Below, piece after piece: positions 48,549 to 57,652 of a DNA stretch of 64,000 bases (the first letter of the stretch is position 1; each line of letters begins with the position of its first letter). The notes below the pieces were generated by a model that had not been told where the DNA came from, made no database searches, and saw only the letters and a program-made list of their open reading frames with translations. Source of the stretch: a virus (lineage: Duplodnaviria; Caudoviricetes); the IMG/VR virus record IMGVR_UViG_2595698952_000001, positions 179,051 to 243,050 of that record; one strand, given 5' to 3'. A program made the translations under genes and the position numbers.

Positions 48549-50060
48549 ATGCAACAGTATTTTGAACTCCCATCGTTGGACGCAACTATTCGCAAACCGA
48601 TTGTTGACGGTGTCGTGCAACGTGTCCTGAACGAATCCGGTATTGAACAAGCCTCCGTCATCTTTGAAGACGAGATTAACAATACTGCGTACCAGCCTGG
48701 CTCAACCCTTGGGGATGAAGTTCCGGTTGATTACGCTTCGCCTGAACGCGTGTACGTAGAAGTCGAAGAAGAACGTGATGAGTACGCTCGCATTAACCGT
48801 CAAGTCGGAATGCAAGCTGAACCGTACTTCTTTGAGAACGCCAAAGACCAGGTACGCGCATGGCCCGTCCGCACGATGTACAACATTACGATTACGCTAC
48901 GCCGCACCAGCGCGTCGCGTGATGAATTGCTGCGCTGGACAAACCGTCTGGACTCTTTAATCGATATGGGACGCTTCTCGGTGATGACCGAGGCCGAAGC
49001 ATTCTATTATATTCCGCGCCCTGCCCTGCATCTGCTGAACGCGTGTTATGTGGCTGCCGGTACCCGTGTGCCCGAGTTTGATGATTTCAAAGCGTACCTG
49101 AAAGCCCACTTTACCCCCGATGTCTTTGTGGCCGGGAACGTGGCCGGTGGCCAGGAAGCGTTATCGGTACGGTATTCGCCGACCCGTCTGGAAACCGTGT
49201 ACGATGTGCAGGTGCCCGCCTGGGACAAAGACGAGAACCGCTGGGAAGCGACATTCGTTGTACGCTTCTCGTACCAGCGCCCGGAAGAGATTGTGGTGTC
49301 GTATCCATACATCATCAATCAAACCCCGTTACCAGAAGAATACTGGCCAGAGATTGACCCGCCGTGGGTGTCGAACGAGGAAGAGGTGCAGCGCCATGCG
49401 CAGCAAAAGAACCTCGACGGTACCTGGTGGATTAATGAATCCCGCCAGTTGATTCGTCTGCCGTATCTGCTCTCACCGACCGAGCAGTTTGAACGTACGC
49501 ACTCCCCGCTAAAGAACAAGCTGCTGCACATCTTTGGCACTGACGTGGTGTTCGATGAGGACAACATGACCAGCCCGAAAGTGCTAAGCGTCGATGACTT
49601 GCCGTACGTCTGGAACAAAGACCTGCTGCCGTACATCGAACATTGCCGGGCGATTGACCCGACCGGACAACGGGGGGTATTCCGTACCGAGTTGTTTGAG
49701 GAGGGACAGATCATTGAACCGCGTTTCTATAACTGGGACAACGGTACCTTTGCCCTGAAAGGTCGTGATGTGTTGGTCAACAAAGGCTACTACTTGACCG
49801 AGTCGGTGATTTACGACTGGCGGAACCTTGACCTTTGGCCACTCCAGTTATACCCGAAAGCCGCGAAGGTGTTAATTGAATGGTTATTCCCCGAGTGGGA
49901 CGTACCAGCCTGGTGGTGGGATTTGCCGAAGTTCCCACCGAGTGTGGAGGACGACATCAAGAACCTCACCAAAACGCCAGACAAACGGATTCTGTTAACC
50001 ATCTTTAACACCACCATCTTTACCATGCGAGGTACTGAGAATGTTGAAAGCGTCGCGTGA
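48549..50060 (+). CDS. Virion structural protein (neck/tail region)
   Basis: 503 aa; first gene of a coupled four-gene structural operon seen in phiKZ-like phages. Confidence 0.6.
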   Translation: MQQYFELPSLDATIRKPIVDGVVQRVLNESGIEQASVIFEDEINNTAYQPGSTLGDEVPVDYASPERVYVEVEEERDEYARINRQVGMQAEPYFFENAKDQVRAWPVRTMYNITITLRRTSASRDELLRWTNRLDSLIDMGRFSVMTEAEAFYYIPRPALHLLNACYVAAGTRVPEFDDFKAYLKAHFTPDVFVAGNVAGGQEALSVRYSPTRLETVYDVQVPAWDKDENRWEATFVVRFSYQRPEEIVVSYPYIINQTPLPEEYWPEIDPPWVSNEEEVQRHAQQKNLDGTWWINESRQLIRLPYLLSPTEQFERTHSPLKNKLLHIFGTDVVFDEDNMTSPKVLSVDDLPYVWNKDLLPYIEHCRAIDPTGQRGVFRTELFEEGQIIEPRFYNWDNGTFALKGRDVLVNKGYYLTESVIYDWRNLDLWPLQLYPKAAKVLIEWLFPEWDVPAWWWDLPKFPPSVEDDIKNLTKTPDKRILLTIFNTTIFTMRGTENVESVA

Positions 50061-51393
50061 CCAAACCACGTTCGTTCCCGTGGAACCGGAAACCCCTATC
50101 CTGAATAAACCACAGGACGGGGTAAAGGAAACCACGAACATCGTGACCCAGCCACTGCGCACTACGGTGACGGACTTTGACCGTATCCCGAAACAGTACC
50201 TGATGAAGTACGTGGAAGGGTCAGCCTGGCCAGTGGACTTCTTCAACTTCCTGAAAGGGAAGAACGATGCGAAGAAGTTCTTTGACACGCAGGTCATTAC
50301 GCCTGACCAGCAGTTAGAGAAAATCATCGGGATGGAACTGCGGGTAACGTCTGCCCTCGACCGTTCGCAAGACGGGCAGAACAAAACCTTCTCCCTGACG
50401 GGTTCTGCTACGGTGGCCAATACCATTGCGCCGAACGAAGGTTGCTTCTTCGTGGCCCCGATTGGCGACGACCGCTATGCGTTGTTTAACATCACCTCGG
50501 TTACCCGGATGTCGAACAACAAAGTGGCGACGTACAATATCGAGTACGGGATGCTGTTCGAAGTGTCCCCGGCGATTGCGGAAACCCTGCGTCAGTGTAC
50601 CGTGCGGGAATGGTACTACGTAGCGGAACGAGCGTGGACGGGGGGTGATACGTTACTGTCCCCGAACGAGTACCGCAGCTTCCTGAAACTGGGCGATGCT
50701 GTACTCGACATTGAAACCACGTACGTGAAGCGTTTCTGGAATTCGGAAACACAGACACTGTTGTTCCCCCGCGACTGGCGTGTGTACGGGTTGAAGGGGG
50801 CGTCGTACTACGACGTGTTCCTGTGCTTGTTTGTGCGCACCATCGGTCTACGGGCTGTGGGTAAGGATATTCAGATTTATCCGCATCCGCCAAAGAACGT
50901 GGAAGATGTTGAGTGTCTGTTCACGGCGATTGCCAAACAACAACCGACGTTCCTCAAGTCGTACAACAAACCGAACGGGGCGTATCTGGTTAATACCTTC
51001 CGGACGATGCAAACCCGTAACTCGGTTGCCTGGTCGCGTATCACCAATACCCGTTACTTTAGTGATGACCTGCGCTCACCGAAACAGTTTCCGGCCGAGT
51101 GGGTGAAGTTCACGCCGTTTGACCCGACCATCGTCGACAAATACCGCGGGAACGAAGGGGAATCGCTTCCGGCGTTCTTGCCGTTAACGTATAACCCGTA
51201 TCTGTTGTCGGAAACGTTCTACAACGGCTCGTACAGTTCGTTGCTGGAATACGGTTTGAATCTCTACCTCAATAAGCGTGCAGTCTCCTCCGAGATTGCG
51301 TTGAAGCTGGCTGAGGTGTGCAACACGTTACCAGTGGATGCCCAGTTCTATTACATCCCCCTGGTGTACGTGCTGTTGAAATACGCGAGGTAG
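50041..51393 (+). CDS. Virion structural protein
   Basis: YVEGSAWPVDFF, PNEGCFF and QFYYIPLV segments; operon context. Confidence 0.6.
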   Translation: MLKASRDQTTFVPVEPETPILNKPQDGVKETTNIVTQPLRTTVTDFDRIPKQYLMKYVEGSAWPVDFFNFLKGKNDAKKFFDTQVITPDQQLEKIIGMELRVTSALDRSQDGQNKTFSLTGSATVANTIAPNEGCFFVAPIGDDRYALFNITSVTRMSNNKVATYNIEYGMLFEVSPAIAETLRQCTVREWYYVAERAWTGGDTLLSPNEYRSFLKLGDAVLDIETTYVKRFWNSETQTLLFPRDWRVYGLKGASYYDVFLCLFVRTIGLRAVGKDIQIYPHPPKNVEDVECLFTAIAKQQPTFLKSYNKPNGAYLVNTFRTMQTRNSVAWSRITNTRYFSDDLRSPKQFPAEWVKFTPFDPTIVDKYRGNEGESLPAFLPLTYNPYLLSETFYNGSYSSLLEYGLNLYLNKRAVSSEIALKLAEVCNTLPVDAQFYYIPLVYVLLKYAR

Positions 51394-51397
51394 TAGC

Positions 51398-51946
51398 GTG
51401 CAACAACGTGACCCAAAGTTTACCGCAGCCTTTATGCTGTTTCACAAGTGGGTGTTCTGGCGCGTACCGGAGTACGCGACCATTACCAAGTACGCCAGTC
51501 AGGAACACGGGTTGTTCTTACCGGAAGACCCGAAGAAAGCCCGTGCGATTCTGCTCAACAAAAAGAGCATCTATTTGCATCCCTCGGAAGCGGCGGTGTA
51601 CGCGGCAACCGGTGGGGCATTAGACATCACCGACCCGAATGACGCGATCATGGTCTACGGGTGGATTATGGAACATCTGGCAGACTGGTTACGGTATATG
51701 GAACAACCGCACTTGATGGTACGTCCTGTGCCAATGGAAGGGTTGCGGCAGTTCAATGCCCTGGCAGGAAAACTGTTCCCGGTCGCCAACCGCTATGGCT
51801 ACTTTAAGAAGCCAGAACGGACAATGGTGTCCGCAGTACAGGCCCTGTTCGGGGAAGTCCGGGAAGAAGTTCAGCAGCACCGGTTTAACGATACGATTAT
51901 GCGGCGTATCGAGAAGGTGTATCGTCAACGTGGAGGAATGCTCTAA
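51398..51946 (+). CDS. Conserved hypothetical protein
   Basis: 182-aa ORF coupled to the next gene. Confidence 0.65.
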   Translation: MQQRDPKFTAAFMLFHKWVFWRVPEYATITKYASQEHGLFLPEDPKKARAILLNKKSIYLHPSEAAVYAATGGALDITDPNDAIMVYGWIMEHLADWLRYMEQPHLMVRPVPMEGLRQFNALAGKLFPVANRYGYFKKPERTMVSAVQALFGEVREEVQQHRFNDTIMRRIEKVYRQRGGML

Positions 51947-53256
51947 TGTCGTTTGGTCGGTTACAGAAAATTGCGAATACGCACATTTCACAAGCGGCAG
52001 GATTACCGGCCATCGATTACGGGGCATTTATCACTGTACGCGGTGCGCCGTTAACGGTGCTGAAAATCGTCTCGCTGATTCATGCCAGCAACTTCGTTAA
52101 CGACATGGCGACGCTCACTCACTTGACGGTGGCGGTGCCGTTTAGCCAGATGCGATTAACGACGTCTGCGGCAGAAGGTGATATCAAAATCAAACTTATC
52201 CTGCGTAACGGGAACAAGATTGCCGGACGGTTCAGTTACCGGGGCATCGCGATTAATAACCGCGACCACGATATGGAATCCCCGACCATGTTCCTGGGGG
52301 AGTCGAACGACAAATCCCTGGCGTTGGTAACGTTTGAGTTGATGGATGAGGCGATGTGGTTCTTGCGGGTACGGCAAGTGGGGGGTATTTATCACGATAC
52401 GAACCCGCTGACCGTGGCCCGATCGATTCTGGCGGATACTCTGCCCACTGGAGCGGCATCCGAAGGGCAGTTGCTGAGCCTGTCTTACGACGAGGAAGAA
52501 CAGCAGGGGTATCGGGATATACTGATACCGGACTCGCAGGATTTCTTGTCGGTGTTCGATTACCTGCAAAAGCATTACGGCATTTACAGCAAAGGGCTGG
52601 GTGTCTTTTTGTATATGCAGCGCTGGCATCTGTTCCAGCCGTGGGACTCGAAGAAGTTTACCGGGGCGAAGAAGAAACTCGTTATCATCAACCTGCCGCG
52701 TGAGATGGCCTCACAACTTGACCGGACGTGTCAGGTGTCAGGTGATACCGTGTACTTGATTTGTGGTGGGGATGTCGTGGCGATGGAGTCGAAAGACGAA
52801 GACGCGATGAACAAAGGGACGGGGTATCGGGTAGGTTCACTGCGCGTGTTAGATGGGCGTGCAACGTCGTTCTCCCCAGGGGAGATTTCAACCACGACGT
52901 CCGCGGACTTTGTTTCTCAGGCTGACCCGAATGCGTATCCGGGGGGTGTGGTAAACGCACCGATTGATCCAAAGCAGCATTTCTCTGACACGGATAAACC
53001 GCAACGCTCGAGCCTGGCCGCCCGTAACGGGACGATTACCAAGACCACTTGGAACCGTTCCACTCACGGGGTGCTGACGCCGGGGATGGCGGTGAAGTAT
53101 ATGTATGCGAACGACTATGGCGTCTATTCCCGCTACGGTACCTTGGCCGCTGAGGTCTTCCAGTCAGCCCAAGACGGCCAGACGATGGCCTCGGGTCGAT
53201 ACAATACGCAGTCCCAGTTAACCCTGTGGCTCACCGAAGAAAAATTTACAGACTAA
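51946..53256 (+). CDS. Virion protein, baseplate hub (gp27-like) candidate
   Basis: DYLQKHYGIYSKGLG and LTPGMAVK resemble hub-protein segments; inferred. Confidence 0.55.
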   Translation: MSFGRLQKIANTHISQAAGLPAIDYGAFITVRGAPLTVLKIVSLIHASNFVNDMATLTHLTVAVPFSQMRLTTSAAEGDIKIKLILRNGNKIAGRFSYRGIAINNRDHDMESPTMFLGESNDKSLALVTFELMDEAMWFLRVRQVGGIYHDTNPLTVARSILADTLPTGAASEGQLLSLSYDEEEQQGYRDILIPDSQDFLSVFDYLQKHYGIYSKGLGVFLYMQRWHLFQPWDSKKFTGAKKKLVIINLPREMASQLDRTCQVSGDTVYLICGGDVVAMESKDEDAMNKGTGYRVGSLRVLDGRATSFSPGEISTTTSADFVSQADPNAYPGGVVNAPIDPKQHFSDTDKPQRSSLAARNGTITKTTWNRSTHGVLTPGMAVKYMYANDYGVYSRYGTLAAEVFQSAQDGQTMASGRYNTQSQLTLWLTEEKFTD

Positions 53257-53300
53257 CGTAGTGTTATGTCGAAACACACCAAAACCTTAAGGACTTTTCA

Positions 53301-54101
53301 ATGAAAGCGATCCACACGTTTCGCATGTCAGGACAAACGCTTCTGAGCATCGACGAATACGAGAAAAAGAACTTCTCTAAACCGGCGAAGTTATTTGAAC
53401 GTTGTGTGCAGCTGATGCCGCATGGGCAGCAACAGCAGCTGGATTTTATCATGGCCTCGTCCATGGATAAGACCGTTGCCGTCATCTTTACTGTTGACGG
53501 TGTTCAAAGCAAACGTGACCTCGCGATCACTGATGAGGGTAGTCTCGGTGACCTGCTGTTCCGTCACGCCCTGACTACTGCGGTTATCAGTGGGGCGCTG
53601 GAAGCGCAGTACGGGTTTGCCTACTGCTACTTCTACGCCCAGAAAATCTCCAACACCATCGTCCCTGGTGACCCGGATACGTACCCGCAATACATTGAAC
53701 AGCTGACTCCGGCTGAGTTCAACGAAAGTGCGGACTACGAGTTCAACGTCTTCCGCTTTACCATGGTCGGCGAATCGCGTGTGAAAGAATACACCACGGC
53801 TTTCCGTGCGGTGGTACGTTACGCGGTGCTGTCGTCTGACGAAGGGCTGTCCAGTAACTTCAATGAGGTGTTCCCGGTCTTGCAGTTGGGGCCATACATC
53901 ACCTTCAACGGTTACGTACCATTCCCAGCCCAAATCATCGGGCCGTTGAACGACAATTCGATTCTGCCGATTGCCGAAGATCGCGACCTGTTCGCGTCCA
54001 ACGCGGTACTGCTGGTGAACGATACGCGTTTCAACATCTCCATCCAGGCGGGTATCAATGACCACGCAATCGCGGTCACGGATAAGATGGCGCTGCGTTA
54101 A
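53301..54101 (+). CDS. Hypothetical protein
   Basis: 266-aa ORF with TAAGGA RBS. Confidence 0.7.
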   Translation: MKAIHTFRMSGQTLLSIDEYEKKNFSKPAKLFERCVQLMPHGQQQQLDFIMASSMDKTVAVIFTVDGVQSKRDLAITDEGSLGDLLFRHALTTAVISGALEAQYGFAYCYFYAQKISNTIVPGDPDTYPQYIEQLTPAEFNESADYEFNVFRFTMVGESRVKEYTTAFRAVVRYAVLSSDEGLSSNFNEVFPVLQLGPYITFNGYVPFPAQIIGPLNDNSILPIAEDRDLFASNAVLLVNDTRFNISIQAGINDHAIAVTDKMALR

Positions 54102-54105
54102 GACC

Positions 54106-54139
54106 TACCCGACCTCCTTGTGGGGTCGGGTATCCTTTA
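54106..54139 (+). terminator. Terminator-like hairpin
   Basis: TACCCGACCTC-CTTGT-GGGGTCGGGTA. Confidence 0.55.
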
Positions 54140-54276
54140 TTTGTTTGCTAAACGCCACACAGCGAAGATAACGTGTGCTAAGGCAACGTATGTACCGCAA
54201 TCGCTTAAAACTCGTTACAGTGCGTTTGAGAGCGTTTTTAAGGCATTGAAAAGAAAGTTTGACTCCAATGTTTTTC

Positions 54277-54290
54277 AGATATATATTACC
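54277..54290 (+). promoter_or_regulatory. Early promoter (TATATTAC type)
   Basis: TTTCAGATATATATTACCTA, identical to 44721-44740. Confidence 0.7.
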
Positions 54291-54347
54291 TACATGAGAG
54301 AAAACAATTATCTCTCTAATCCGACCATTTCCTAAAGGAGTTTTACC

Positions 54348-54593
54348 ATGACTAAAATCGCATTCATCAAAGACATGACCAAATGCTTCGGTATCGCAGT
54401 GATGATTCTCGCATCTGCCATCATTGGCTTCCTGTCTCCGTTCGCCGTAATTGACGGTGTAACCTATCTGACCGGTAACATGGTTATCGGTGCGCTTACC
54501 GGTGGTGCATGGGGTGCAACCTTGCTTGTCGGCTGCTTCATGGGTTGGGACAAAGCACTGGTTAACTACCTGAAAGCCAAATTCAAAAAGTAA
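54348..54593 (+). CDS. Small two-TM membrane protein, paralog A
   Basis: 81 aa; hydrophobic helices; AAGGAG RBS. Confidence 0.75.
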   Translation: MTKIAFIKDMTKCFGIAVMILASAIIGFLSPFAVIDGVTYLTGNMVIGALTGGAWGATLLVGCFMGWDKALVNYLKAKFKK

Positions 54594-54657
54594 TACCCCT
54601 CTAGGCCACCACATGGTGGCCTTTTTAATTCGACCATTATCCCATTAGGAGCAGTAA

Positions 54658-55257
54658 ATGAACACAATTGAAATGGCAGTAAAAGCGAAAAACGAAGACC
54701 AGCTGGTGAATGCCGTTCTTTATAAACTGTCCCAAAAGTTCGGACACCAATACGTTTCCAGCGGCTTCCAGAATTTGACCACGCGGCCAAGCGGGGAGTA
54801 CGTGTTGCCGGAGAAACTCCAGGCAGCAAAAACCGATAACTATTACGGAGTCCTGGTACACCACATCCAAGCCGCATTGGCTGCGCAGTATGTGGGCTGT
54901 ACTGTCCGTGTGAGCCTGGCGCAATATTACCGCGATGGCGATATTGACCCGATCGGTTTCTTTTGCGTTCATGTTGAACATCCTGACGATGGACAGGTCA
55001 TCAATTTCGTGGTTTATCTTCACCCGCTGGAAGCAGCATTCCACGCGGTGGATTTGAACCGGCTTGTTGAGATGAAGACGCTCGCAACACGCGAAACTCC
55101 AATCGTGGTACTTACCCACGATATGATTTTAGAAGTAACCGGAATGGACTACGTAGATGGATACGTGATTGATTCCGTCAGCATTGCCGCACATGCCGCA
55201 GGCTGGTCAGATACCGAGCAATATGGACTGTCGTTGTTACTGTCCGCGATTAACTAA
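54658..55257 (+). CDS. Hypothetical protein
   Basis: 199-aa ORF with AGGAG RBS. Confidence 0.7.
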   Translation: MNTIEMAVKAKNEDQLVNAVLYKLSQKFGHQYVSSGFQNLTTRPSGEYVLPEKLQAAKTDNYYGVLVHHIQAALAAQYVGCTVRVSLAQYYRDGDIDPIGFFCVHVEHPDDGQVINFVVYLHPLEAAFHAVDLNRLVEMKTLATRETPIVVLTHDMILEVTGMDYVDGYVIDSVSIAAHAAGWSDTEQYGLSLLLSAIN

Positions 55258-55319
55258 ACACAACCGGGAGAGGAAGCTCTCCCGTAATTCGACCATTAAG
55301 CATAACAGGACACCTTAAG

Positions 55320-55565
55320 ATGACCGACGCTGAAATCAACTTCACAACACCACTCACGTTCAAACGCATTACCCTGGCCATCATTGCAGTCGTTGTTGTA
55401 CTGCTGTCGCCTTTCGTTGTAACCGATGTAACCACGTATTTAACCGGCAGTGAATCCCTCGGGGAACTCATTGGCGGGCTTTGGGGTGTGCTGCTGGTAG
55501 CAACCTTTTACTTTGGTTGGGATACCCTGCTGCTGAACCACCTGCGCACCAAGTTCACGAAATAA
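55320..55565 (+). CDS. Small two-TM membrane protein, paralog B
   Basis: 81 aa; shares LSPF.V...TYLTG....G.L.GG.WG..L......GWD....N.L..KF.K with 54348..54593. Confidence 0.75.
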   Translation: MTDAEINFTTPLTFKRITLAIIAVVVVLLSPFVVTDVTTYLTGSESLGELIGGLWGVLLVATFYFGWDTLLLNHLRTKFTK

Positions 55566-55615
55566 GCTTTACCCTTAACACAATTCGACTATTAACTATC
55601 TCAAGGAATACGACC

Positions 55616-55759
55616 ATGATCTCTCGCAAACACAAACTCGCTATCTATTCTATCGCTGTTGCTGTACTGGTAACCGTTGGCATGATGACCATCAACAATG
55701 ACTACAACACTTGCCGCGCTAACGGTAACTCAGTAGCACTGTGCACAGGACGCGGCTAA
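55616..55759 (+). CDS. Small single-TM protein with a Cys pair
   Basis: MISRKHK, a TM helix, then C...C; AAGGA RBS. Confidence 0.65.
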   Translation: MISRKHKLAIYSIAVAVLVTVGMMTINNDYNTCRANGNSVALCTGRG

Positions 55760-55760
55760 G

Positions 55761-55946
55761 ATGACTTTCTCTGATAACGCGTTCGCTGAATTCCTGTCCA
55801 ACCCACGTATCAAACGCGAGTGGGACAATCTGTCTAATGGCTCCCGTCATCGCCAACACGATGATGAGGTGACGCACGTCACTGCCCAAGTGTTACTGGT
55901 GGATTCCACCGGTATCGCCTATCCCCAATTCGAAGAGAGTTACTAA
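55761..55946 (+). CDS. Small hypothetical protein
   Basis: 61-aa ORF tightly packed between neighbours. Confidence 0.55.
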   Translation: MTFSDNAFAEFLSNPRIKREWDNLSNGSRHRQHDDEVTHVTAQVLLVDSTGIAYPQFEESY

Positions 55947-55947
55947 C

Positions 55948-56118
55948 ATGGCTGTAATGCAAAACGCTGACGGTAGTATTCGTGTGCTGGAAGACAATGA
56001 AACGGTTGTCCGCGGCGAAGAAAAGGAAAAGGTGTTCATCGCCGCCCCGAAGAACGTCGTGAAGCCAGATTGGAAAAACGACCTGGCCGAATTCCGCAAA
56101 CAGCTGGAGAAGAAATAA
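55948..56118 (+). CDS. Small hypothetical protein (56 aa, absent from the ORF track)
   Basis: MAVMQNADG...FRKQLEKK; TAATG coupling to the next gene. Confidence 0.55.
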   Translation: MAVMQNADGSIRVLEDNETVVRGEEKEKVFIAAPKNVVKPDWKNDLAEFRKQLEKK

Positions 56119-56681
56119 TGGACATGAAGAAAGAGTTCGACTTCAAGAATCACAAACCGGATACCACAACCAAGCATTACTTTGGAAAAGAAGAACTGGA
56201 CGGTGTTGTTATTCACGACAAACTGGACGATTCGAAAGTGCCAGAAAGTGACTACGCTACCCGTAAGCAACAACTGGCACAAACTGAGCTGGACAAGTTT
56301 GACGTCTCTCGTGGCTTACCGGAAAGTCTTAAACCATGGAACCTCCCACCGGAGAACGTGGGTAAGGGTGTGGTATTGAAGCACATCTTGCATGAAGACC
56401 TTCCTGTTGACGCCAACGGTAAGGTTGCTGACCTTGCCCCGCCACGCGGGATGTATCGTGACGAAGACGGTAACTTTCGTGACCTGAAGGAGCTCCGTAA
56501 ACGTGACCTACTGTTAGGCGGTGATTTCGAAGACGGTGAAGTAGTTAAAATCATCAAAGGGTTAGGTGCAGACTACGACGGTATCTCTTTACCGCTGCAT
56601 AAACCCTCCCGCGCAGAGAAGTCCGTCAGTAAATACCGCAATGTGATGAATGGGCTTATCGCTCGCGCATCCAAGAAGTAA
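56118..56681 (+). CDS. Hypothetical protein containing RNAP beta/beta'-like motif fragments
   Basis: GKGVV....HEDLPVDANGKVADL, GGDFEDG and LGADYDG. Confidence 0.7.
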   Translation: MDMKKEFDFKNHKPDTTTKHYFGKEELDGVVIHDKLDDSKVPESDYATRKQQLAQTELDKFDVSRGLPESLKPWNLPPENVGKGVVLKHILHEDLPVDANGKVADLAPPRGMYRDEDGNFRDLKELRKRDLLLGGDFEDGEVVKIIKGLGADYDGISLPLHKPSRAEKSVSKYRNVMNGLIARASKK

Positions 56682-56688
56682 ATCCAAC

Positions 56689-56714
56689 GCCACCTTCGGG
56701 TGGCTTTATTTTTT
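56689..56714 (+). terminator. Rho-independent terminator
   Basis: GCCACC-TTCG-GGTGGC plus T-rich tract. Confidence 0.7.
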
Positions 56715-56732
56715 CCCTTAAGGAATATTGTA

Positions 56733-57611
56733 ATGTTAACCATCGACCAATTCTTACCGAAGTCCGCAGGCGCAGCACCAAGCGCTGAGAACGCATCAAT
56801 TGTCTACAAGCACGAGGAAGGTTATCGTTTAACCCGCCATCAGGGCGGTAGCACTGACGTCTTCTTTGTGGTGTGGGACGGTAACACCATTATCGCTTCT
56901 GGCTCTTACAACAGTTTGCAGATGCCAGAACGCCTGGCCAACGAAGACAAAATTCAAACGGTTTACCGAGTCCTGGCCCGTGGAGCCATCTGGTTACTGG
57001 TGCTGACCCGTGACCCAATTGCCCGTTTAACGGCATTGGACAAATACAACGACTTCGTAGAAGCCATCACCCAACTTGAAGACTATCAGGATGACCGTGT
57101 AACGCGTGCCATGAGCAGCTGGAAGGAAGAAGGTGAGATTGCACACTTTGCCGGTAACGCTATCCTGGCGCGCGCTGAGGCGCTGTATTTGGCCTTCCCA
57201 ACCTGGAACTACGAAGTCATCAGCAAAGAAGTCGACGGCGTGAAGATGGAGGCGATGGTGCAATACGGTGTGCCGGGTATTCGCCTGCTCTACACCGTGA
57301 AGAACGTGGATGAGAAAGCCCGTGCTGGACAAGAGCTGAAACGCTGGTACACGTTACCGCTTGACGGCGACTGGTACACCGCTGCCGATAATCACCTTGC
57401 AGTAATGTCACAAATCGCCCAGGGCAATAAAGCCGAGATGGAAGAACCTGCTCAACCGCAGGCTAAGCCTGCTGGGCGGCCGAAGCAAGACTTCACCTGT
57501 GAGCAGTGCGGCGCGACGTATGAGATTATGCCGTTCAACCGTTTCGAAGCTGTGAAGGTGCGTTGTAAAGAATGCGGTCACGACCAGGTTGATGCCTACC
57601 GGGCAAAATAA
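56733..57611 (+). CDS. Hypothetical protein with C-terminal zinc ribbon
   Basis: CEQC...CKEC after a Pro/Gln linker; TAAGGA RBS. Confidence 0.75.
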   Translation: MLTIDQFLPKSAGAAPSAENASIVYKHEEGYRLTRHQGGSTDVFFVVWDGNTIIASGSYNSLQMPERLANEDKIQTVYRVLARGAIWLLVLTRDPIARLTALDKYNDFVEAITQLEDYQDDRVTRAMSSWKEEGEIAHFAGNAILARAEALYLAFPTWNYEVISKEVDGVKMEAMVQYGVPGIRLLYTVKNVDEKARAGQELKRWYTLPLDGDWYTAADNHLAVMSQIAQGNKAEMEEPAQPQAKPAGRPKQDFTCEQCGATYEIMPFNRFEAVKVRCKECGHDQVDAYRAK

Positions 57612-57616
57612 AAGAG

Positions 57617-57652
57617 ACCCTACTCCTTCGGGAGTAGGGTAGTTCTTTTTTT
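57617..57652 (+). terminator. Terminator
   Basis: ACCCTACTCC-TTCG-GGAGTAGGGT plus T tract. Confidence 0.75.

Noticed and set aside
54105-54614. 169-aa minus-strand ORF and 71-aa plus ORF (54120..54335)
   Set aside because: They span a terminator, a promoter and a better-supported gene; no RBS
45485-55594. CRISPR or mini-array reading of the CGACCATTA repeats
   Set aside because: Repeats are only about 13 nt, are separated by whole genes, and no cas genes are present
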